Assembly: GCA_020444425.1 (NCBI GenBank)
Contig: JAHLLB010000011.1
Location: 19,915-83,914 of the forward strand
From: a bacterium
Lineage (GTDB): Bacteria > Electryoneota > Electryoneia > Electryoneales > Electryoneaceae
DNA length: 64,000 nt
Reading direction: 5' to 3'
Positions 20,446 to 30,262 of this stretch are shown here, piece after piece. Under the pieces are notes generated by a model, which was not told the origin of the DNA, ran no database searches, and worked only from the letters and a program-made list of their open reading frames with translations. The first letter of the stretch is position 1, and each line of letters opens with the position of its first letter. A program made the translations under genes and the position numbers.

Positions 20446-20832
20446 AAAATCGTTTGTCGTATTTACGGTGTGGCTGCCAGCTCATGTCACGGTCGCAAGT
20501 CTGTCGAAAAGTGAGGTTGCGAATCTGCTGTAGAAGCGATCTACGACCAGATGAACAAACAGTCTTCGAACTCGCTGTGCCGTGGAACCGTTGTCCGGGC
20601 TGTGGTTGACCTGCTGACCGAAATGCTGTGACCTCGCCGTAAACGACCCGCCATGATACGAAACGAGCGAGCCCGGCGCAACTGTGTTCTCCGTCCGTCG
20701 CGCGGGGGTGATTGATCCAGCGCGTTCAACCTGCACGAATCGCGTGACAGCCCGTCCATCAGCGACGTTCCAGCGGTTGCCGCACCTTGGGCAATCTAAC
20801 GTCGAGAACTCCCGTTCGCTCGGGATCGACGG

Positions 20833-21255
20833 TTATTCGCCTTCGCTTTGAGCTTCATCCATATTCTGTTCGGCGAACTTCATAACTTCTTCGATGTCTT
20901 CGACATCCTTGCCGAGGTTCGCCAATTCCCACCGGGCAGACATCACCATACCGCTGTCACTGGTCGTGCTGTAGGTGTCGAGGAAGGTTTTGTAGGCTTC
21001 CTTGGCCATGGTGGTGTCGCGGATGTCATTGGCATACAGGAACCCGATCATGAACTGGGCTTCATCGGCACGTTCACCTTTCGGATAGGCGTCAACCACG
21101 GCCTGGTAGGCCGCGACGGCTGCGTAAAAGTCACGCGCTTCCTGGGCTTTCTTGGCCTTGACAAACAGTTCTTCTTCCGATGGACCGCTGGCGCAGCCGG
21201 TGCTCAGGACCAGTGCCATTACCAGCACAAGGGCGGCCAGGATGATTCGTTTCAT
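20833..21255 (-). CDS. TPR-repeat lipoprotein (BamD/CpoB-like fold)
   Basis: MKR + hydrophobic stretch + LSTGC lipobox. TPR motif YQAVVDAYPKGERADEAQFMIGFLY. Confidence 0.8.
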   Translation of the reverse strand: MKRIILAALVLVMALVLSTGCASGPSEEELFVKAKKAQEARDFYAAVAAYQAVVDAYPKGERADEAQFMIGFLYANDIRDTTMAKEAYKTFLDTYSTTSDSGMVMSARWELANLGKDVEDIEEVMKFAEQNMDEAQSEGE

Positions 21256-21340
21256 CACTGCTATCCCCACAGTTTCGTTGCATCTACAATGGAATATGGA
21301 CAGGTCGCAGAACGTCCGCAACCGGTCTCTCGTTAATCCT

Positions 21341-22294
21341 TCAGGTTCGGGTCGAGGTTTCGACCCCGGCGGCATCGAATGCCATCGCCGCCGCGCCCAG
21401 CATGCCGGACTTGCCCCGCAGTTTCGCCCGGTCGAACGTGCAATCGTTCCAGTTGGGCGCGAAGCACCGTGACTGCGCGACCAGCCGTGCCGGTTTCAGC
21501 AGATGTTCACCCGCGCCGGAAATCCCGCCGCCGATCAGCACCGCTTCCGGGTTGAAGATGTTAATGTACGCCGCGACACCCGCGCCAAGGTACTGACCCA
21601 CACGTCGCCATACTTCGAGCGCTCGCTCATCACCGTTGGCGGCGGCCTTGGCCAGCAGATCCGGTGAATCTGGCGGTGTTTCCGGCAAATAGACTTCATT
21701 TGCCTCACGCATCACGCCGGTGATGCTGCAGTAGCTTTCGAGACTGCCTTTGACCTTTGTGCCACACTCCGGGCCGTTAATATCAAGCGGGATGTGGCCC
21801 AGCTCGCCCGCGCCGCCGTTGAAACCTCGCAGCAGCTTGCCGTCCACCATCACGCCGCCACCAACACCGGTGCCCAGGGTGAGCACGACCACGTGCTTCA
21901 TCCCGACCGCAGCACCCCAGCGGCTCTCGGAATAGACCAGCACGTTCGCGTCGTTCTCCAGCACCAACGGCAGGTCCGTTCCAACCTTCTCTCGGACCCT
22001 CTCCGCCAACGGGACATCCTGCCACTCGGGGAAGTTCGGCGACAGACGGACGACAGTCCGTGTCGCGTCAATCAACCCTGGCGATCCGATGCCAATGCCC
22101 GCGACCGGGATGTCGCTGCGGTTGAGTCCGTCTTGCACCAGGCCTGCGATGGTTTCGACCACGTGATCCACCGAACGGGACTTCAGCGGCACAGTTTCTT
22201 CGTGGACGACCGACCCATCGGTGCGGATTAATCCCCACTTGATGGACGATCCCCCGAGGTCAACGCCAATGGCAACAGTCTGGTCAGACGGCAT
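21341..22294 (-). CDS. ROK-family sugar kinase (glucokinase-like)
   Basis: IGVDLGGS, GIGIGSPG, ENDAN, LTLGTGVGGG, AGELGH. Confidence 0.92.
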   Translation of the reverse strand: MPSDQTVAIGVDLGGSSIKWGLIRTDGSVVHEETVPLKSRSVDHVVETIAGLVQDGLNRSDIPVAGIGIGSPGLIDATRTVVRLSPNFPEWQDVPLAERVREKVGTDLPLVLENDANVLVYSESRWGAAVGMKHVVVLTLGTGVGGGVMVDGKLLRGFNGGAGELGHIPLDINGPECGTKVKGSLESYCSITGVMREANEVYLPETPPDSPDLLAKAAANGDERALEVWRRVGQYLGAGVAAYINIFNPEAVLIGGGISGAGEHLLKPARLVAQSRCFAPNWNDCTFDRAKLRGKSGMLGAAAMAFDAAGVETSTRT

Positions 22295-22582
22295 ACAAAA
22301 GGTTCCGGTTCAATGTGCCCGATACTCGCCGGGCGGGTCCCAGGTTCCCCCCGGTCTCGCGTTGGATGCCGGGGAACAGCTTGCACCCGGCGAATATAGG
22401 CTCGTCGCGGCGTTCACGCAGCCCCTCAGCCACAGATAGAGAGATTGGCTACGGAGAGTTGCTCCCGATGCCCGCGGGAGCTACCGTTCGCTACCGCGGA
22501 TTATCTGAGGGTGGATCATCCCGACCAGCTCTTTCGCGCTCGGGGCACACTTCCCGGATCTCGCCTGGTGGATGGCAAGTAC

Positions 22583-22627
22583 GTCATTCCTCAGCCGTGT
22601 GGGTTTGTGGCTGAGGAAGAGACAGCT
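22583..22627 (+). repeat. Half copy of the GTCATTC..GAATGAC palindromic element family
   Basis: gtcattcctcagccgtgtgggtttgtggctgaggaagagacagct aligns with the arms at 38344-38388, 59147 and 61962. Confidence 0.7.
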
Positions 22628-22631
22628 TCTC

Positions 22632-22732
22632 AAACCAGAAAAACCAAGAAAAACCAGGGAAAAACCAGAAAAACCAGGGACAGACGGTGGAATTTGCGTT
22701 ACGGATTTCACAATTAATCTACCGTCTGTCCC
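22632..22732. repeat. Short tandem repeat (aaacca(g/a)g..) x5 running into a gggacagacggt/accgtctgtccc inverted repeat
   Basis: Five 9-11-nt units at 22632-22680. 14/15-bp IR at 22677-22691 and 22718-22732. Confidence 0.75.
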
Positions 22733-22928
22733 CATTTTATGTGACGTGTCGTTGGTGCCCGTGATTGTCCGTCACGTCGGTATGTGACGGCTATCGCGGG
22801 TAACCAGCGGTGGCCCACCCCTGATGCCCGCGGAAGCTTCTTTCCGCTCCCGGCGTTGGCGGGGACGGAGTCCGGTTGTACCTTGCGGACGTTGCAAACG
22901 GTTCACCCCCCCCACCGGTGAGGTCTTG

Positions 22929-23828
22929 ATGAAACGTGCATGGCTGCTGGTTGTTCTTCTGCTCGTTACGTTCACCAACGGAGCGTTCGCGTCTGACTGG
23001 GCGGATTCGTTACGTGCCGAGCGCGCTGAGGCGGACGACTACCTCGCGAACAGTCCGTTGAGCCCATTCGCGGCGATCGGGCAGACGGTTCTTCGTCCCG
23101 GGCAGGCGCTGCGTGTGGTGCTGCCGGTGGACACTCTGCTGCTCGGTTACCCGACCGCCGACCCCGGCCTCCCGCAGCTGGAGTTTACGTATCAACCGGA
23201 CGTGCCGGTGGTCTACGTACGCAGCCCGCAGGGTGGCGATTTTCAGCTCAACCGGCAGAAGATCGGCCCGATCCCGCTGGCGCTGAGCAGCGCAGACACC
23301 GTGCGCGCCGAAATATTCCTGCTCAAGGCCTACGCCAGCAGCACCTCTGCCCGGCTGCGCGCGTTCAAACCGGGCGGGCACGGCCAGTCGAGCTTCCACG
23401 GCCTCAACTGGTATCCGCCGAACCCCGACCTGAGGTTGACCGCGACGATCCAGCCAGCGGCGCGTGACACCGTGCTCATGCCAACTTCCGCCGGGCTGGA
23501 GAAATCGTACATCCGGCACAGCACGTTGCACTTCACCGTGGACGGTTCCAAGCAAACGTTGACCCTGTTCGCCCCGGCGAGTGATCCGGACGCGTACGGC
23601 TTCATTCCGTTTACCGACGCCGGCGCGGGCGAATCAACCTACGGCGGCGGGCGCTACATCGACCTCGACCTTCCGGCGGACGGCCAGACCGAACTGTTGC
23701 TCGATTTCAACGACGCGTACAATCCACTGTGCGCGTACGTTCCGCATTACAACTGCCCGATTCCGCCGCCGGAGAATGCGCTGGACATCGAGATCGAAGC
23801 GGGTGAAATGATCTACGAGAAACATTGA
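22929..23828 (+). CDS. DUF1684 family protein (exported)
   Basis: Signal peptide; FIPFTD...TYGGGRYID; LDFNDAYNPLCAY...NCPIPPPEN. Confidence 0.88.
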   Translation: MKRAWLLVVLLLVTFTNGAFASDWADSLRAERAEADDYLANSPLSPFAAIGQTVLRPGQALRVVLPVDTLLLGYPTADPGLPQLEFTYQPDVPVVYVRSPQGGDFQLNRQKIGPIPLALSSADTVRAEIFLLKAYASSTSARLRAFKPGGHGQSSFHGLNWYPPNPDLRLTATIQPAARDTVLMPTSAGLEKSYIRHSTLHFTVDGSKQTLTLFAPASDPDAYGFIPFTDAGAGESTYGGGRYIDLDLPADGQTELLLDFNDAYNPLCAYVPHYNCPIPPPENALDIEIEAGEMIYEKH

Positions 23829-24430
23829 TGACAACGGCAAAACGTGGCAAATTGATCGCCTTCGAGGGCATTGACGGATCAGGAAAATCGACCCAGTGGG
23901 CACGTCTCGGTGAGTGGCTCAAGGCGCAGGGCCGGGATGTCGTGCTGTCGTTTGAGCCGACAAAACGTCCGCACGGCCAGTGGTTACGTGACGCGTGGGC
24001 GTCCGGCATCCGGCTGCCGGTAGACGAAGAGAAAGCGCTGTTCGACGCCGACCGCCGCGAACACATCGACGAAGTTATTCAGCCATCGCTGGACCGTGGC
24101 CAGATCGTCCTGCTTGACCGCTACTACTATTCGTCGGCAGTGTACCAGGGGACGCGGAAAGGTGAGACGCCGGAAGCGGTGCTGCGACACTACGAAGCCT
24201 TCTGTCCACGCCCGGATGTGGTGCTGCTGTTCGATCTGCCGGTGGAGCTGGCGCTGAAACGAATGCAGTCGTCCCGGTCCAACCTCGACGCGATGGAAGT
24301 GAGCGACAACCTGGAAACTGTTCGCAATGCGTACCTCAACCTGAACCGTCCCGAGATTGTGGTCGTGGACGCCTCCGGTTCGCCGGACGAGGTGTGGGAC
24401 GGAGTGTTACGGCACGCGCGGGAATGGTGA
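23828..24430 (+). CDS. tmk: Thymidylate (dTMP) kinase
   Basis: LIAFEGIDGSGKST, LFDADR.EH, LLDRYYYSS..YQG. Start overlaps the upstream stop (TGATG). Confidence 0.95.
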   Translation: MTTAKRGKLIAFEGIDGSGKSTQWARLGEWLKAQGRDVVLSFEPTKRPHGQWLRDAWASGIRLPVDEEKALFDADRREHIDEVIQPSLDRGQIVLLDRYYYSSAVYQGTRKGETPEAVLRHYEAFCPRPDVVLLFDLPVELALKRMQSSRSNLDAMEVSDNLETVRNAYLNLNRPEIVVVDASGSPDEVWDGVLRHAREW

Positions 24431-24494
24431 AACGGTGTGAACCGGATTGTGAGCGAGGTAGTAGCTGGATATTCCGTGCATCGTTCGGCCGTAC

Positions 24495-24538
24495 GTCATT
24501 CCTCAACCGCGTCTGTGTGCAACGTAGAAGAGCCAGAT
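24495..24538 (+). repeat. Degenerate half copy of the GTCATTC palindromic element
   Basis: gtcattcc..ccgcgtctgt.tgc...agaagagccagat resembles the family arm. Confidence 0.6.
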
Positions 24539-24590
24539 TCGATCACACCCATGCAACGTGTTCCCTGAACTGGTAGCTGGAGTTGATCTG

Positions 24591-25433
24591 ATGCGACTGA
24601 AGCATAACCGTGCCGCGATCCTGTACGATTTCGACGGCACGTTGACCCCGAAATACATGCACGACTACGACTTCTTCCCGGAACTGAAGATCGACGCCGA
24701 CTCGTTCTGGCAGGAGGTTCGTGCCAAAGCGCGCGAGATGGACGGCGACCAGACTCTCGCCTACATGTACCTGATGGTGAAGTACGCGCGTGAAAAGGCG
24801 GGTGTGCAGCTGACGGAAAATCGCTTCCGTGAGTTCGGCCGAAAGGTGGAGTTTTTTCCCGGTGTCGAGGGTTGGTTCGACCGGATGAATCAGTTTGCAG
24901 ACTCGATCGGCCTGGTGCTGGAACACTACATCGTCAGCTCGGGCGTCAAGGAGATGATCGAGGGCACAACGATCGCGGACAAGTTCAAGCGCATTTACGC
25001 CTGCGCCTTCCATTACGATCCAGACACCGGCCTCGCGGACTGGCCGATCCTGAATGTCAATTACACCACCAAGACGCAGTACATCTACCGCATCAGCAAG
25101 GGTGTGCTCAACAATTGGGACGGCGCCGGGCTGAACCGTCGCATGGCGGCTGGCGAGGAGTTCGCGGTACCAATCCGCAACATGCTGTACCTCGGGGACG
25201 GCGAGACCGATGTGCCGGGCATGAAGGCTGTGCGCCAGTACGACGGACACGCAGTCGCGGTGTACGATCACGAGAACATCAATAAGGTGCAGGAATCGCA
25301 GAAGCTGGTGCAAGACGATCGTGTCGATGCCGCCAAGCACGCTGACTATTCCGAGGAGTCGCTGCTCGATGAGTACGTGAAAGCCGTCCTCCGCGAAATC
25401 CAAGCCCATGAGGTGAAACTGGCGTTGGAATAG
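24591..25433 (+). CDS. HAD-superfamily hydrolase
   Basis: YDFDGTLT (motif I), IVSSG (II), YLGDGETD (IV). Confidence 0.88.
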   Translation: MRLKHNRAAILYDFDGTLTPKYMHDYDFFPELKIDADSFWQEVRAKAREMDGDQTLAYMYLMVKYAREKAGVQLTENRFREFGRKVEFFPGVEGWFDRMNQFADSIGLVLEHYIVSSGVKEMIEGTTIADKFKRIYACAFHYDPDTGLADWPILNVNYTTKTQYIYRISKGVLNNWDGAGLNRRMAAGEEFAVPIRNMLYLGDGETDVPGMKAVRQYDGHAVAVYDHENINKVQESQKLVQDDRVDAAKHADYSEESLLDEYVKAVLREIQAHEVKLALE

Positions 25434-25496
25434 TGCTGCGAACGGTCACTAATCAGCGGATTCAGGTTAGATGTGAGGTGTGAGGATATTCCACCA

Positions 25497-25678
25497 TTAC
25501 CACGGACTTAAGTCCGTGGTAAGAAAAGAAACCGGGGACACGTAGATACCGGGATACTTGCTCCGTCAAGTGTCCCCGGCTTGTTGTCCACAACTCTGCT
25601 TGTACAACTCGCGATCTACAGTTCGCAGTCAGTCGACCGCAGTCCGCAACGAACATGCCCACGACATTTATGTCGTGG
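25497..25678. repeat. Cluster of REP-like palindromes
   Basis: Perfect 26-bp palindrome ttaccacggacttaagtccgtggtaa (25497-25522). ccggggacac/gtgtccccgg IR (25532-25579). ccacgacat-tt-atgtcgtgg (25659-25678). Confidence 0.75.
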
Positions 25679-25789
25679 ATAATCCGTTCTTAGATCCTTG
25701 CGCAGATGCCCTCCCGCCAGGATAGTTTTCGCCCTGTCCTGTTGTAACAAAACGACCCGCGCTTGCAAGCAACCACGGGCCTGTCTTTC

Positions 25790-25824
25790 ACTGACCACTG
25801 AGTACTAACCACTGACTACTGTCC
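25790..25824 (-). repeat. 7-nt-period degenerate tandem repeat directly after the crotonase stop
   Basis: GGACAGT AGTCAGT GGTTAGT ACTCAGT GGTCAGT on the minus strand. Confidence 0.65.
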
Positions 25825-26601
25825 TTACTTCCCTTTGAAGTCAGCCGGGCGTTTGTTGAGGAACGCGTCGGTGCCTTCCCTGGCGTCCTCAGTGGCGAAG
25901 CACATGCCGAACAGGTCGGCTTCCATACGCATCGATTCGGTGTAGGCCATGCCCATGCCACGGTAGGCCGCGTCCTTGGCGAACTTCATCGCCACCGGGC
26001 CGACTGCCGCGATCTTGTTCGCGACTTTTTTCGCTTCGTCCATCAGGTCGTCGGGTGAGACCACACGGTTGACGAGGCCGAGCCGGTACGCTTCTTCCGC
26101 CGGGATCATGTCGCCGGTGAGCAGGTAGTACAGCGCCGGGCCGAGGCCGACGAGTTTCGGCAGACGCTGGGTGCCGCCGAAGCCCGGGATCAGGCCGAGT
26201 TTGACTTCCGGCTGCCCGAAGACGGCCTTTTCGGAGGCGATGCGCAACGTGCACGCCATCGAGATTTCGCAGCCGCCGCCGAGTGCGTACCCGTTGACCG
26301 CCGCGATGACCGGCTTGTTCAGGGTTTCGATGCGTGTCATCAGGTGCTGGCCGGCACGCGCGTACTCAACCGCGCCGAGCGCATCGAGCTGGTTTAGTTC
26401 GCCGATGTCCGCGCCGGCGACAAACATCTTGCCCGCGCCGGTGAGAATGACGGCTTTCACGAGGTCGTTCCGCTTCACTTCGGCGAACGCCTTGTCCAGC
26501 TCCTTCACCACCTGCACCGCGAGGGTGTTTGCCTTCGGGTTGTCGATGGTGATGGTCGCGACGGCACCGTCCACGTCGATCTGCAGTTTTTCGTAGGCCA
26601 T
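25825..26601 (-). CDS. Enoyl-CoA hydratase/crotonase
   Basis: [40 protein letters not shown]. Both catalytic Glu present. Confidence 0.94.
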   Translation of the reverse strand: MAYEKLQIDVDGAVATITIDNPKANTLAVQVVKELDKAFAEVKRNDLVKAVILTGAGKMFVAGADIGELNQLDALGAVEYARAGQHLMTRIETLNKPVIAAVNGYALGGGCEISMACTLRIASEKAVFGQPEVKLGLIPGFGGTQRLPKLVGLGPALYYLLTGDMIPAEEAYRLGLVNRVVSPDDLMDEAKKVANKIAAVGPVAMKFAKDAAYRGMGMAYTESMRMEADLFGMCFATEDAREGTDAFLNKRPADFKGK

Positions 26602-26705
26602 GCTTTACTCCCCCTCTCGCTATGTGATGTTCGGATGTGGCAGGACTTGAATATCGGGAGCGGAACCGGCGCTCGCCACTCGCTCGCTCACGGGAAAGAC
26701 GTTGA

Positions 26706-27033
26706 ACCACGGAATACACGGAATACTCGGAAAAAACCCTCAAACCGCGAAAGGCGCAAAAAAACGAAAGAAAAACAAAAATTCTTGATGATAAAGATTA
26801 AAACAAAATAAACATCTATTATATAATTATATAATCGATTAATTTAGTATTAATCTGTGAGATCTCATTTTATTGAATTATAATATTTACCATTCCTTGT
26901 TTTATCTTTATGATCCTTTTTATATTTTCTTTTCTTTTAACCAATAAGTTATTTTATCTTTTCTTTCGCTTTTATCGCGTCTTTCGTGGTCAATTCTTTT
27001 CTGTTGTTCCGTTTATTCCGTGTATTCCGTGGT
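26706..27033. repeat. Three nested inverted-repeat pairs around an AT-rich core
   Basis: Outer perfect 20-bp pair 26706-26725/27014-27033. Middle pair 26744-26774/26959-26990. Inner pair 26787-26806/26897-26915. Confidence 0.85.
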
Positions 27034-28216
27034 CGAGAGAGGTGTTGATTTCTTCCAGAACGATCTCGTCGGTCTCGTGCTTGAACGCCCGGTCCAATAC
27101 TACCCGCACGGCCGGATACTCGCTCAGCTGCCCCAGTGCCCACGCCGCGTGTGCACGAATCAACGGTTCCGGTTCGTCTTCCATCACCCGTTTCAGCGCC
27201 GGGATGGCTTCATCACTGCCCCAGTTGCCGAGCGCAACGGCGACATTTCTCAGCAGTCCGCGCCGCTTGGTGCGTTTGACCGGTGATCCTTTGAACATCG
27301 CCCCGAACTGGTCGTCATCCAGCGCAATAAGCTCGAGCAGAGGTGGCGCGCCCCAGTCGGGAATGCGAGGTTCGAACCACGGTTCACGGGTTGGCAGCAG
27401 GCCGCGTGTATTGTATGGGCACGCTTGCTGGCAGATATCGCAGCCGAAAACCCAATTTCTCAACTCGGAGCGTAAATTGCGGGGCAGAATACCACGGTGT
27501 TCGATTGTGAGGTAGCTGATACAACGGTTTGCGCGATTCAGGTACGGAGTATCCAGCGCCCCGGTCGGGCAGGAAGTGCCGCAGGAGTGACAATCGCGGC
27601 AGCCGAACAATGGCTTTCGTGCCGGATCAGATGGCAGCTCGAGGTCGAGCAGCAGTTCGCCGAGCAGGAAGTAGGATCCATGCTTCCAGTGGATCAGCAA
27701 CGTGTGTTTGCCGATGAACCCAGCTCCACCCGCGGCGGCGAGCGGACGCTCGAGAATCGGCCCGGTGTCCACATAGGCGCGCGCGTTGACCACACGGCCC
27801 GCGAGGTAGTCGATCGCCTTGCCCAGCGCTTTCAGGCGTGGCAGGATGAGGTCGTGGTAGTCGAAGCCCCAGGCGTAGCTGGCGAATCGCCCACGGGAGG
27901 GATCGGCCGGATCCGGTGCGTCCATGGGACGGGGTTGATGATAGGACATGCCGACGCTGAGCACCGACTTTCCCTGCGGCCACTGGACTCGCGGGTCCAT
28001 GCGGCGGTCGGGGTGTTTCGCCAGCCATGCCATGGTGCCGTGGTAGTCGTTGGCGATCCAGTCAGGGAAGGTATCCGCGTGCGGCGGAGGTTCATATGGC
28101 GCGACGCTCGCGAAGTCGAACCCGAGATGTCGCGCCGCCTGCTTGATCAGTTCAGCGAGCTCAGATGGGTTCGGTGACAGAGATAAGGATGAAGCTGGTT
28201 GCGTGGCGTCAGACAC
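26990..28216 (-). CDS. queG: tRNA epoxyqueuosine(34) reductase
   Basis: YAWGFDYH, YVDTGPILER, CRDCHSCGTSCPTGAL, CISYLTIE, FGCDICQQACPYN, C-terminal HEAT repeats. Confidence 0.95.
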   Translation of the reverse strand: MSDATQPASSLSLSPNPSELAELIKQAARHLGFDFASVAPYEPPPHADTFPDWIANDYHGTMAWLAKHPDRRMDPRVQWPQGKSVLSVGMSYHQPRPMDAPDPADPSRGRFASYAWGFDYHDLILPRLKALGKAIDYLAGRVVNARAYVDTGPILERPLAAAGGAGFIGKHTLLIHWKHGSYFLLGELLLDLELPSDPARKPLFGCRDCHSCGTSCPTGALDTPYLNRANRCISYLTIEHRGILPRNLRSELRNWVFGCDICQQACPYNTRGLLPTREPWFEPRIPDWGAPPLLELIALDDDQFGAMFKGSPVKRTKRRGLLRNVAVALGNWGSDEAIPALKRVMEDEPEPLIRAHAAWALGQLSEYPAVRVVLDRAFKHETDEIVLEEINTSLDHGIHGINGTTEKN

Positions 28217-28229
28217 GGGAGCTTCCGTC

Positions 28230-28703
28230 TCACGTTGATGCTGCCGGCGAGTCGATCACCTGGCCGATGGTTGGCCGGAGCGAGGCGCTGGCTTTGGCGA
28301 AACGGTTGACGAAGCGAACGATGAACATGCCGAGGAACAAGCCGGCGAGTCCACCGGCGACACCGCCCTGCATGTCCTGGCCGGAGGCATTCGTGCCGAC
28401 GATGATCCCGACGATCAGCGTCACTACCGGGATGCCGAACACCAGCAGTGCGGCGACGATCTTCGGAGCTTCATCGCGTTTCAGCTCGACCAGATCACCG
28501 ATCTTAACGTCCTGACCGGCCAGTGTCGCCTCGATGATCGGCGCGGGCTTCTCGTCGGGGAAGCAGACCGTGCTCGATCCGCAACTGCTGCACGCGCTGT
28601 GCTTATGCGGTTGGACACGGGCGATCCCGTCCGTAACTTCAACGACCACGCCCATTTCAACGGGTGGGTCTGCAGGCTGATCAGCTTTATGGTAGACAAT
28701 CAC
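28230..28703 (-). CDS. RseC/MucC-family membrane protein
   Basis: E.GVVVEV..GIA.V...SACSSC....C, GD.V.L, two TM helices. Start uncertain. Confidence 0.8.
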   Translation of the reverse strand: MIVYHKADQPADPPVEMGVVVEVTDGIARVQPHKHSACSSCGSSTVCFPDEKPAPIIEATLAGQDVKIGDLVELKRDEAPKIVAALLVFGIPVVTLIVGIIVGTNASGQDMQGGVAGGLAGLFLGMFIVRFVNRFAKASASLRPTIGQVIDSPAAST

Positions 28704-29072
28704 GAGTGCTGCCGAATGTAGTTGAACTCAACAAATCGTATGGTAATCTACATAATTAGACGTCTGAGGAGAGCACTCTCGGAATCTCTCCAAATCCTCT
28801 CTATGACCTCTGAAGCCAATGATACCAACATACTTCGAGAGCATTTTGTGAGATCGTTGAAAACCGGCGAAGATGGCGACAACGCTCACTTTTAGGGACT
28901 CTTTGGTTCTTTCGAGATCCAGAAATCGGTAACAGGTTCTTGTATTCTTCGGAATTTTTCAGTAAGGTACGGTCATCTGAGATGACATTGCCAGCCCGCT
29001 GAGTCCAGCGGTTCCTGGCTCCGCGTAACCTTAGTCCTTTTCATTAGTTACACTACGGTTCGGAGCGAAACG

Positions 29073-30254
29073 TTGCGGCGGATTTCTCTCGACGAGTTGA
29101 AACCCGGAATGGTATTGGGCAGGTCGATCTTCTCCGGCCTGAACGCTATCCTTCTCGCTGCCGGCCAAACCCTCGATGATCGCTACATAACCCTCCTGCA
29201 CAAGCACGGTTTCGGCTACATCTACGTCGAAGAAAACGGGTTTGAGGACGTCAACCCGCAGGATGTTCTCTCGGATGTATCCCGCCGGATCGCGGAGGCG
29301 ACCGTACGGGACGGCTTCGACCAGCTCCGGGACGTGGTCCGTCTCGAATCGGAAGCCGGCAAGATCACGCGTGAATTCCTCGAAGAACACGCCGACATTT
29401 TGAACGTTCCGCAGATCGATGAGATGTCGATGGCGGTGTCAACGATCATCCGCGACATCGTCAACCGCAGCGTCGGCCTTGTGGACGTCTTCGCGCAGGT
29501 AACCGGCGCGACGTACATGTACCGTCACGCGGTCAACGTTGTGTCGTTGTCCGTGCTGCTCGCCCGGCAGTTTGGCTATACCAACCGTCAGCTGCGCGAA
29601 CTGGGCATGGCGGCGTTGCTGCATGAAGTGGGCAAGATCACCCTCGGCGACGAGTACCTGATCCCCGAGCACATGATTCCTGACGATGAAGCCGATTTCT
29701 ACCGTGAATATCCGACCTACGGCTTCATTCTGATGCACAACACGAACCCGGCGTTGAAGGCGGAACGGTTGGCGATTCTGCATCACCGTGAATGGCAGGA
29801 TGGTGGCGGCTGGCCGCAGGGCCTGCACGGGGACAATCAGCCCCCGACCCGGATCGATAGCCACGAGCAGGGTCTGATCCACCGCTACGCCGAAATCATC
29901 GCGGTTGCCAGTGCGTACGACAACCTCGTCAACGGCACCGGCGAACTTCCGCAACGGTTGCAGCCCGCGGACGCGCTTGCATTGATCATGGCGCTCAGCC
30001 GCAAGTGTTTCAACCAGGCCGTGTGCCAGGTGTTCAGCCGGATTGTCTGCCTCTACCCCACCGGCGCGATGGTGCAGATTCAGGAAAGTTCATCGTTCGG
30101 ATTTGAAGGATACTACGGTGTGGTGAAGGATCAGAGTCACGACCCTGCGCGGCCGGTGCTGATCCTGTATGCCGATCCTCGCGGGCGGCGTGTCCGTCCC
30201 AAAACCCTCGATTTCTCGCATGATCCCGATCTGCGTCTGCGGATCATGTCCTGA
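29073..30254 (+). CDS. HD-GYP-like domain protein, degenerate
   Basis: N-terminal LKPGMVLGR, HAVNV, LLHEVGK, DGGGWPQGL, YPTG.MV. Several metal ligands substituted. Confidence 0.85.
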   Translation: MRRISLDELKPGMVLGRSIFSGLNAILLAAGQTLDDRYITLLHKHGFGYIYVEENGFEDVNPQDVLSDVSRRIAEATVRDGFDQLRDVVRLESEAGKITREFLEEHADILNVPQIDEMSMAVSTIIRDIVNRSVGLVDVFAQVTGATYMYRHAVNVVSLSVLLARQFGYTNRQLRELGMAALLHEVGKITLGDEYLIPEHMIPDDEADFYREYPTYGFILMHNTNPALKAERLAILHHREWQDGGGWPQGLHGDNQPPTRIDSHEQGLIHRYAEIIAVASAYDNLVNGTGELPQRLQPADALALIMALSRKCFNQAVCQVFSRIVCLYPTGAMVQIQESSSFGFEGYYGVVKDQSHDPARPVLILYADPRGRRVRPKTLDFSHDPDLRLRIMS

Positions 30255-30262
30255 GACGTTTC

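Noticed and set aside
20482-20759. Short ORFs or ncRNA upstream of tRNA-Lys
   Set aside because: No coding motif or recognisable RNA family; left unannotated.
22632-22680. CRISPR array (also the ggctggagacaa pair at ~58994-59023)
   Set aside because: The units are too short, there are no unique spacers of constant length, and no cas genes are present.
22315-22787. Small ORFs of 71-99 aa in the ROK-DUF1684 interval
   Set aside because: They run through repeat elements, lack a clear RBS and show no motif.
26910-27515. 201-aa plus-strand ORF with hydrophobic N-terminus
   Set aside because: It is a translation of the T-rich repeat arm followed by queG antisense.
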